DNA of 64,000 nt from assembly GCA_951406725.2 (NCBI GenBank), contig OX597815.1:213714001-213778000 (forward strand), in the 5' to 3' direction. The position numbers and the translations under genes are program-made. The stretch is from Octopus vulgaris (taxonomy: Eukaryota). Shown in pieces: positions 53,814-64,000 of this stretch; position 1 is the first letter of the stretch, and each line of letters begins with the position of its first letter. A model generated the notes under the pieces. The model saw only the letters and a list, made by a program, of their open reading frames with translations. It had not been told where the DNA came from and made no database searches.

Positions 53814-54769
53814 AAAAAAAGGTACAATATCTTCGTAATTTGTTTTAGCTACTTATGAAGTCCTGAGCAGACATTGGCTTCTTCTGAGCCACATTATCCT
53901 TGAGTCAGTAGCACATCTGGGATGTTACAAGTAAGAGGAGAGAGGCGGCATCAGTACCCAATTGGTACCCATTTACAGCTGAACAGACTGGTTCAATGGG
54001 AAATGAAATGCTTTCCACAAGGACATAATGTGCCGCCTGGTTCAGAAATTGAACCCCTATTACTAAGTCACGTGCCTTCACTCACTAACCTTACATGAGA
54101 AGGAAAGCGTTAGTTCTTTTGTTACCAAATTTATGTTGAAACACACTATCATTGCTCCAATTAATTTTGAAAATAACGATCAATTCATTAAAATAATCTC
54201 ATTATTACCAAGTTGGTGGTTGAAATATCAGTTACTTCGGATGAAAAATTTTAATTTAGATCCCTTTAAAAGGAGGAGGTTTGTATCATATTACTATTTC
54301 TAAGAGCGGTTTCAAGAGGTTTAGTATCAAAAGAGTTAATGTCATAGCTGAAATTTTCTCTCTCAAGCAGTAAAGAAAATTCTCAATATTTTAATAAAAT
54401 ATTAGTTCTTTTTAACTAGGCATAAGGACAACCTTAAAAAAAAACAAAAAAGAAAGTGTGTTGTGTGCTTAAACAACCAAGCGATTTGCTGCTATTTCTT
54501 CAAATTTAACCCCCACTTCATTATTTACAGTTAAATTTCGAATAATTTTCTTTCAGCAATTTTTTGGTGCAGCCATTTTTGATACATTGAATCAAATCAC
54601 ATAGGACTGGCCACTACAAATGTCAGTCGACGATTCTTCCTCAAACTATTGCGCAACTAGCCAGTCTTCGCACTATTTATGCTTCAATATCACAAAGTGA
54701 TCCATCACTTTTACATATCCGTGTAAGATTTTGGTAGAGATTGTAATATGCATCGGAAGTTCCCAACAG

Positions 54770-55040
<271 letters not shown>

Positions 55041-55043
55041 AAT

Positions 55044-55360
55044 GACAAGAACACCCAGAGAACGCGAACCTCCGCCAAGGCAACACCAATGTCCTCTCAA
55101 CGATGAGCCAGAGATGATTTTAAAATGAGAATATCTCACAAACGAGAATACTAAAAGTAAACCCGACTCCTCTCAAAAAGTATGTAAAAAATCAGGAAAA
55201 ATAATCCAGAATCCTTATCTGGTACCGGATCTGTTCGTGCCAGTCACAAGGCCAAACATCCCTGAAAGTTTCATCTGAATCCATCCGGCGGTTCTTGAGA
55301 TATCTTGTACATGGACAATCAAACACGATTGAAAACAATACCTCCTCCTCCAGAGGTAAT
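55044..55360. mobile_element. Helentron-associated (HINE/DINE-like) non-autonomous element
   Basis: Starts ACAAGAACACCCAGAGAACGCGAACCTCCGCCAAGG. Ends AAAACAATACCTCC....GAGGTAAT with a terminal palindrome. Confidence 0.55.
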
Positions 55361-55366
55361 AATAAT

Positions 55367-55576
55367 GGTTTCAAATTTTGGCACAAAGCCAGTAATTTCG
55401 GGAGAGAATAAGTCGATTACATCAACCCTAGTGTTCAACTGGTACTTATTTTATCGCCCTCGAAAGAATGAAAGGCAAAGTCGACTCCGGCGATATTTGA
55501 ACTTAGAGTGTGAAAGCAGACGAAATGTTGCAAAGCATTTTGATGGCGTGCTAACGAGTCTGCATGCTCGCCGCCC

Positions 55577-55577
<1 letters not shown>
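55367..55577 (-). mobile_element. SINE family A copy
   Basis: Reverse-complement central domain and head. Confidence 0.8.
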
Positions 55578-55628
<51 letters not shown>

Positions 55629-55634
55629 TCATAC

Positions 55635-56200
55635 TATTATTATTATCTTTGCACAGCTTCTAACGCTGGAGATGTCCTACGGTGTCAGCTGTTCACTACC
55701 AGTGAACTAAGGTAAAACCCCTTCTTTTTCGAGCACCTTCCGGAGTATTCGAGTGGTTCCAAGCAGCGCTGTTTTCTGCAAGTGCTCCACTCTTATTGCA
55801 GCCACTATTTGTTTCATGTACTTCTCAAGATTTTTACTCGCTGTTCCCAGAGCTCCCACAATTACTGGTACTACTACCACCTTTTTCATCCACCACAACT
55901 GCTTAACCTCCCAAGCTAACCTGTCATAGCTTCCGACTTTTCTCCCTTCCTTATCGCATACTGGGCATGCTGTAACTATGATCTAGCATAGTTTGCTTTC
56001 TTTCTCAATTAAGACTATGTCTGGCTTCCTATTCTCTATCTCATGGTCGCACTGAATCATAAAATCTCACAGGATCTTTGCGTTATCATTTTCGATGATG
56101 CCTTCGGGTATATGGTCGTACCAATTTTTGCTCTGTCAAGTCCATACTTGTTGCAAAATGTGCAATGGACAAGCCTTGCTATATTGTCGTGGCGTACATT
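55635..56200 (-). mobile_element. R4/Dong-like RLE non-LTR retrotransposon 3' end abutting (TAA)n
   Basis: RHDNIARLVHCTFCNKYG (CCHC region), RKPDIVLIEK (PD..D endonuclease), VVVVPVIVGALGT...LQKTALLGTTRILRKVL. The 3' UTR runs into TAA repeats. Confidence 0.9.
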
Positions 56201-56609
56201 GACTGGTGATATGCCATACAGTTTCACTATTTTGTCCACAAATTCTGCAATTACCACCACCACCACCACTACCACCACCACCACCACCACCACCACCACC
56301 GCCACCACAACCGACGCCAATACGATAACAACAACAGCAACAACAATCTTGAAATTTTGGGAATAAGAGTCGATTACATTGACTCCGGCGCTCAACACGA
56401 AAATAATGAAAGGCAAAGACGACGTCGCCGAAGGTTTAACTCAGAACATAAAGAAACACGGAATGTCACTAAACACTTTGTCCGGCTCGCTAACGCATGA
56501 CACAATGAAGCAATGTTATGATACAGCAACGATATAATTGGAGTGAATTGTTAGTCCAAATTTTAATGACTGCTATTTAGATCCGAGAACTAGTAGTAAC
56601 TAGATCTAA

Positions 56610-56663
<54 letters not shown>

Positions 56664-56851
56664 GAAGCTGGGAGATCTTGTGGGATGGATGAATAAAGAG
56701 GGTTTGCCTAGAGGAATTAGCACGTTAAAGACGGTGATTACAGGTGTTTAAAAGTGTAAAACAAAATGAAACGTAAGTTTCGAGATAGATGAAGGAAGAC
56801 GTGATGGAAAATACTAAGTGAAATAGAATTATATATACATACATTCATACA

Positions 56852-56937
<86 letters not shown>

Positions 56938-56943
<6 letters not shown>

Positions 56944-57244
56944 ACCGTCACCGTGACCCACCAGGCTATCAGATGTTGCTACACATCGCTGATCCCAATG
57001 CACTTCGCATTGTTTTAGCCTTCAAATGATGCCACCCCGCTGGCTAAGCGAGCAGGCCAACAGAAGAAAGAGTGAGAAAAAGTTGTGTCGAAAGAGTACA
57101 ACAGGGGTCGATACCACCCCCTACCGGAGCCTCGTGGGGCTTTATGTGTTTTCGCTCAATAAACACACACAACGCTCGGTCCGGCAATCGAAACCGCGAT
57201 CCTACGACCGCGAGTCCGCTGCCCTAACCACTGGGCCATTGCGC
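56938..57244 (-). mobile_element. Full-length tRNA-derived SINE family C
   Basis: Minus head GCGCAATGGCCCAGTGGTTAGGGCAGCGGACTCGCGGTCGTAGGATCGCGGTTTCGATT. (GTGACG)n tail. Inserted in (TA)n. Confidence 0.85.
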
Positions 57245-57310
<66 letters not shown>

Positions 57311-57340
57311 ATGTATAATATATATTTATATATGTATGCG

Positions 57341-57397
<57 letters not shown>

Positions 57398-57612
57398 GTA
57401 TGTGTGTGTATACAGACACATAAGTACACACACACAAACACACGTACACACACGCACATACATACACATAAACATAGATTTATATACATACATATATATG
57501 CATATGTTTACATGTATGTATGCACGTATGTATGTATACAGATACACCTTGTCTTATATATGTATGTATATGCATATATATGTATGAGCATAGATGTGTG
57601 TCTGTGTGTGTT

Positions 57613-57683
<71 letters not shown>

Positions 57684-57787
57684 TCATAATCCATCCATAC
57701 ATACATAAATACATAGAGGGAGAGAGAGAAAGAAAGAGCGATAGAGAGATAGGGATAGAAAGAGAGATAGAGATAGAAAGAGAGAGT

Positions 57788-57839
<52 letters not shown>

Positions 57840-58143
57840 ATGATGGTAGAGGAAAGAAAAGAAGCCGGAAGAAGTGGAGAGATTGAGATTGAGTGATTAG
57901 TTAAGACGAAACTATATATATTTGCGTATATAATGTCCTCGCGTTGTTGTTTTTTCTGGTTTTGTTTTTTCTTTGTTTATTTTTGTTAACTATATATACA
58001 TACATACATACATAAACACATACACACGCACATACGTGTACACAACTTACGCACACAAACACAACACACACACATACACACACATATATATACCTACATA
58101 TATATATAGGTAAACAGTAAAAATAATTACAGACATGGACAAG

Positions 58144-58211
<68 letters not shown>

Positions 58212-58221
58212 AATATACATT

Positions 58222-58324
<103 letters not shown>

Positions 58325-58778
58325 ATATAATCGTACATACATATATGGGAAATTGGTATTAATGTGGGTAAAAGCCATGCTTGGTTACGTAGGGAGGAGT
58401 CATTTGTGATTAAGCGAAGAAATGTTTCGCCTTATTCTAAAGCAGGAAACTTGTTAATCTTACCTCTAAGTCTGGTTCACATCGCTTATTGAATTTTCCG
58501 AGTGAAATAAATATCTTCTAAGAAATGTGCGTTCGTGATGAATTTCTCTGTTAGATACCGGAGCAGCGAACTGTATAGTTTATATATGTTGTTCCTGGCT
58601 GTTTTAGTTCTTTAGCATCCAGTGTTCTTTTCTTCAATATTTTCACATATCAGATGGGAGGTAGAAGAGCTACAGTAACAGAAGAGAAGTTAAAGAGTCA
58701 TTTTTATGACAATTTATCATTCTCTACACCAGAAGTTATATTTCAGAGAAAATGTGGTAAGAATAGAAAGTAAATATG

Positions 58779-58833
<55 letters not shown>

Positions 58834-61102
58834 CGGGAAGCTTTATATATATATGAGGAAGCGCACTTTCAGTGTTTTGGAAATCTGAAAAAGGAAGTTG
58901 CTTTCAAACCGTAATTGCCATAAAGATTAGAATCTAATACTAGACATAATATGTCTTCCTCACAAGGAAAGAAAAAAACAAAACAAATGCGAACGCAACT
59001 GAACCGAAACTGAAGAGGTTACATGAGGTGGAAATCATTAAAAGTTTCACCACCGCAACCGCAACAGTTAAACTACCACCAACTAAAATAACATCGATAG
59101 CATAATAGCAGTAGTAAAACAACGGCAACAACATCAACAACTTCTTCAGCGATTATGGCAACAAAGCCAAGTGCCAATTATTTCTTGCGTTATTACAAAC
59201 ATAAAATAAACTAACAAGTTTGTAAGTTTGTTTTAGAAATAATTTGTCCAGAAGATCATAGACTATCCACGTAATAAACAAAAGATGGAGTGTGATAGAA
59301 GAAAGGAAAAGTCAACGATGGAACCTCTATATGGTCACTCAACCTGCTAGAAATGGTGGTAAAATTCTCAAACTTTGTAACTGTGGATATACATAAATCT
59401 ACTCGCAAATCGACACTTCTCTCAAAAACGACACTTTCTGGTGCTTGTGAAAGGAATTGCCCGAGACTTACCGCAAACACCTTTAAAACCCAATACAATA
59501 CGCATATACAATGATCAGAGACAAACAGAAACTTAACTCCATCTCTTTGTCTGAATTTACTTGGATACTAAGGAAGTGCAGATCTGAACGTGTCCTAATA
59601 ACTTGTAACAGCATGGACAGACAACCTATTCACACAAAAATTCATATTGGGTAAGCTTAATTTCAGATGGACAATGCAGGGACAAAGAATGGAATTCATA
59701 CGGTTTTAAGGCATTTGATCAAAGGTCTGCGTTATCAGGGCTGGACAGGACTTAACATTAACAGATGAAGCGCCCACGGCCTGATTTGTCTCTCGTAGTA
59801 GTTAAAGAAAAATATGTCAACTAAAATTTGACTTTGAGTTAACACAGGTCTGAATATGATTAATTTTCTAAATGTCCTAACCTTTAGATATGCTTTTCGC
59901 CTACAAAAAGACCAGTAAATAAGGAAGTAACAACTTTAGTTTAATTTCAAATGATGGAAAGAAAAAGGTAATGCGATTTATCGCTCAGCTGCCGTTAATT
60001 TTATTCCGTATTTATTCTTTCGTTACCAGTTTCAGCACGGGAGCTGTGGCCATGATTTTATTTTACGAACTATATTAATTATTGTAAATAAAATTTAACA
60101 TATATGATCTAGTGAAATGATTCAGTCACTATATGAGCTAGTGGAGGATGCGCCTGTTGGCGGTCATTCAACCTAGCTAGAAATTACAACCAAATCTCTC
60201 TCAAATAATAGTATATTGGTAAATGGAGTGCTAGACAATGTCCCTGAAACAAAGAGGATGCGAGTTGGACGCTTTTGATCATAGCTTTGATCATAGGTTT
60301 CCTGTATCAAGGGTGACCTGGAGCAATGCAACAAAAACAACAATTAAACGTTTATTTGACTTTGATCGTAGAAACTACAAAATATCATTCTACCTAAAGA
60401 GAAAGGACGTTTTATAACCAAAATAAGAAAAATCGTCTAAAAGTCCTTCAGCAGTGATATCTTTATCTTTTAATGGTTCTCATGTAAAACTATATCTCTA
60501 CCAGGAAGTGGCCTTGCTCTTTCTATGTACAAGTATGGTAGAGGCCTTTCATATTCAAAAGATAGCAAAATTTAAATAGGTAACATTTGTCAAAATTACA
60601 TTGAACCTCTTCTGTTTCCGGATGTCCCCTTGAATTTGATAATGTAACAAGATTATTTTTCCCACACCGATTAATGTACCATATTGTGCATTTACTTAGT
60701 GTTTCTTTCACCATTACCTCGGCAAATAACATCAAGGCCATGCGACGCCAACGAGGTCACAGTAAGGCCAAAACATTTCAGGTAAAATATATTATGCTTA
60801 CTTATACACATATCAATTTCTAGATAACTATTCAACGTAAATATGTTAAAAGCGCTTCTGCATTAATATGTTAAAATTAAGTTTATTACTTTTGAATTAG
60901 TTCTGAGAAAACCTACACAAATAGATTGAAATAATTCACAGAATATTGAGATGCGAATTTATATTTCTGATTCGTGAGTTACAAAATACCTGGAAATTAG
61001 ATTATAGATACGGTTCTGTTAAAGGAGAAACTCAACAACTTTGATACCTTTAATATCTGTATCTATTTATCTATCTTGTCGCTTACTTATTTCTCTTTCA
61101 GC

Positions 61103-61204
<102 letters not shown>

Positions 61205-61211
61205 GTATATA

Positions 61212-61252
<41 letters not shown>

Positions 61253-61255
61253 TTA

Positions 61256-61304
<49 letters not shown>

Positions 61305-61351
61305 TTTATATATATATATGTATATATATATATCTATATCTATATATGCAC

Positions 61352-61382
<31 letters not shown>

Positions 61383-61383
<1 letters not shown>

Positions 61384-61798
61384 CTCTTTTACTCTTTACT
61401 CTTTTACTTGTTTCAGTCATTTGACTGCGGCCATGCTGGAGCACCGCCTTTTAGTCGAGCAAATCGACCCCGGGACTTATTCTTTGTAAGCCCAGTACTT
61501 ATTCTATCGATCTCTTTTGCCGAACCGCTAAGTGACGGGGACGTAAACACACCAGCATCGGTTGTCAAGCAATGCTAGGGGGACAAACAGACACACAAAC
61601 ACATACACACATATATATATATATACATATATACGACAGGCTTCTTTCAGTTTCCGTCTACCAAATCCACTCACAAGGCATTGGTCGGCCCGGGGCTATA
61701 GCAGGAAGACACTTGCCGAAGATGCCACGCAGTGGGACTGAACCCGGAACCATGTGGTTGGTTAGCAAGCTACTTACCACACAGCCACTCCTGCGCCT
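61383..61798 (-). mobile_element. Full-length SINE family B with (AGTAAA/GAGTAAAA)n tail
   Basis: Near-complete match to 42815-43260. Confidence 0.9.
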
Positions 61799-61808
61799 AT
61801 ATACACAC

Positions 61809-61906
<98 letters not shown>

Positions 61907-61911
61907 ATATA

Positions 61912-62418
61912 TCTGATATTCTCGATGATCTTCAGGATTCTGCTATCGAAGATGTCAACCCTCTTTGCCAGGGTCTTCGTCGGGTGCCACGTTTCTGCTG
62001 CATAAGGGGAAACGGAGAAAACCGACGCGTTGTAGATACAAAGCTTTGTTTTCCGAGAGACAGAGGAGTGGCATCGAATGGGGATCCAGCAAAGAGCGGC
62101 GCACGCGCACGAATCATTCTGCCGCCTCCCGCCTCGTATCCATCCGCCGCACGTGCTGCTACCGACATGTCTTCCGCCTCCAGCCGGATCATTCTACCAG
62201 GGTCTCTACTCTCGTTCGACGCAGCAGCTGCAGCCGATGGATCGGCATGATTAAGAAAGATCTCCAGAGGCTCGACGTCGTCTTGGAGAATGCAAACAGG
62301 CATGCACGGGACCGCCAGCGATGAGGAGCTCTGCTGTACTTGGTCAGCTCTGCAAACGATGACGCCACTGGGACCATTAACCCGCAATGGCCCCATCCAG
62401 CAAGAGCATGAAGACAAA
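61912..62418. mobile_element. RTE-clade LINE insertion with 5' inversion, in (TA)n
   Basis: Minus 61912-about 62095: SRKTKLCIYNASVFSVSPYAAETWHPTKTLAKRVDIFDSRILKII. Plus about 62100-62418: RRTCCYRHVFRL...RWIGMIKKDL...ARDRQR*. Confidence 0.8.
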
Positions 62419-63485
62419 TATATATATATATATATATATATAAACACACACACATAATGGGTAGTTAGGGTAAATCTCAGCTGCTTTCTCTTGCAGCACA
62501 TCTGCTTTTCCCATTATTATAATCTAATATGGGATCACAGTTGCTGTTGTATGTTAGTCAAAATGCTTATTAAAACTGAGAATTATGGAAATGTTATGTG
62601 CAGAGCTATTGCATAACAAAATAAGAAAGTGGAACATTTTTTGTATTATTTATTATCCAATACACATATTTCATTTACTAATACGAATTACAAAGTTTAA
62701 CATGTTAGATAGACAAATAAGGAATTTCCTATTGAAGATTGAAACGTTTCAGAACCTGAAACTGAAAGTCTGAGATATTTTCTGTTTTTCGTTACCGGAC
62801 ACATTTTCTTTAAGATAACTTCTTTTCATCCAAAGTATCCGTGAAACAAACAATGTAGACACACCACAATCGTTAGAGAGTAGCCTCTACACGCACAACA
62901 AATCTGTAATTTGTCCTGTACAGAGCACAAACAAAGTATAACAGCAGTAATATTATGTGAAAAGTTGAAGCACAAATAATCGTCCGACCATTTTCGACCA
63001 ATAAGAGTCAGCTTAAACAGTGCTTCATTTTATTTCATTTAATCGGTGCATGAACGTAAGTGGTTGGCATGAAGCTCTGAGTGGCAATGGAGGAACTCAT
63101 CCGCTTCGTTTACGGGAAATGCTTTGAATAAGCATAAAAAAGCTCCAATTCTAATGTGCCGACTACAGCAGAACGATGCCAACGGGCGATACCAGACTTT
63201 TGGGATCACACCATCAATCTATCTCCGCCAGTCACCAAAATACAATCCATTGTCGCCAGCACATTCTACCGATGTCAACTCTTGGCTGTCAATATCGGTT
63301 GGCACGACACATTGGCACAACAAAGTGAGCCAGAGTAGGAAAGATGACAATGAGATTAACACTCAGAAGTGATCAGTTCAAGGCCATCGTTAATGTAGGA
63401 TAAATATAGTAATCATACTAAATGGTCATGGGTGGAAGTTATAAATATTTTAAGGCATCGCTACGCGCGTTTCCACGAATCACAT

Positions 63486-63689
63486 TTCTTAAGATCATAG
63501 CCCGTATTCCTGGGATGATTACTGTACAGTCCGTAGTATCCATGGACATCGGGAAGATCATATTCATGCATTCATTTCTTCCGACGATATGGCATTAACG
63601 GATGTGTTAAGTGAGGATTGTTTATCAAGTTTGACCAATGGAAAGGTTGACTGTAATCATCAAAGGAATACGGACTATGATCTTAAGAA
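63486..63689. mobile_element. MITE-like element of about 204 bp with terminal inverted repeats of about 37 bp
   Basis: TTCTTAAGATCATAGCCCGTATTCCTGGGATGATTAC versus the reverse complement of the right end, TTCTTAAGATCATAGTCCGTATTCCTTTGATGATTAC (3 mismatches). Confidence 0.7.
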
Positions 63690-63709
63690 TCATATTTGTA
63701 TGTGAGTGA

Positions 63710-63797
<88 letters not shown>

Positions 63798-64000
63798 CTT
63801 TTACATTTGTTTACTGGAAACGTTTTGAATATGCAGGTAAAGCTCCTACCCCATTGCGCTGGACACAGTCTAATGATGCTGACTAGTGAACCAGTTTTTT
63901 CGAGTTGCATCGAGCTGTACCAATATAATGTAGAATAAATATAGTCATAATAACAATAATCATTGGATACATATATATATGTACATATGAATAAATTTGT

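Noticed and set aside
57170-57244. tRNA gene calls for SINE heads (also 42815 and 45350)
   Set aside because: The acceptor stems are incomplete and the heads continue into SINE bodies.
63060-63400. Non-repeat stretch with overlapping short ORFs
   Set aside because: No recognisable homology or clear splice signals, so a reading frame cannot be chosen.

Overview
This is AT-rich eukaryotic DNA saturated with microsatellites. Its SINE, LINE and microsatellite repertoire looks like an octopus (coleoid cephalopod) genome; that is inferred from repeat style, not verified. Nearly all ORFs in the supplied track are artefacts of simple repeats. No complete protein-coding gene is visible, only two weak candidate exons (about 19.5 kb and 39.0 kb). 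The rest is tRNA-derived SINEs and decayed fragments of R4/Dong-like, CR1-like, RTE-like and L1/Tx1-like LINEs, Tc1/mariner and hAT elements, Helitrons and MITEs. The standout feature is at 296-3562: a near-identical 492/493-bp tandem repeat arranged as two divergent arrays inside a (TA)n tract. Every unit carries a type I hammerhead ribozyme with an intact catalytic core (7 copies), an 8-bp stem I, a long stem II insertion and a near-palindromic stem III. This is the architecture of a non-LTR retrozyme (self-cleaving, circular-RNA-based retroelement), apparently integrated recently with a 5' inversion. Five further degenerate hammerhead motifs occur in other repeat families, including one just downstream of a tRNA-like Pol III head.
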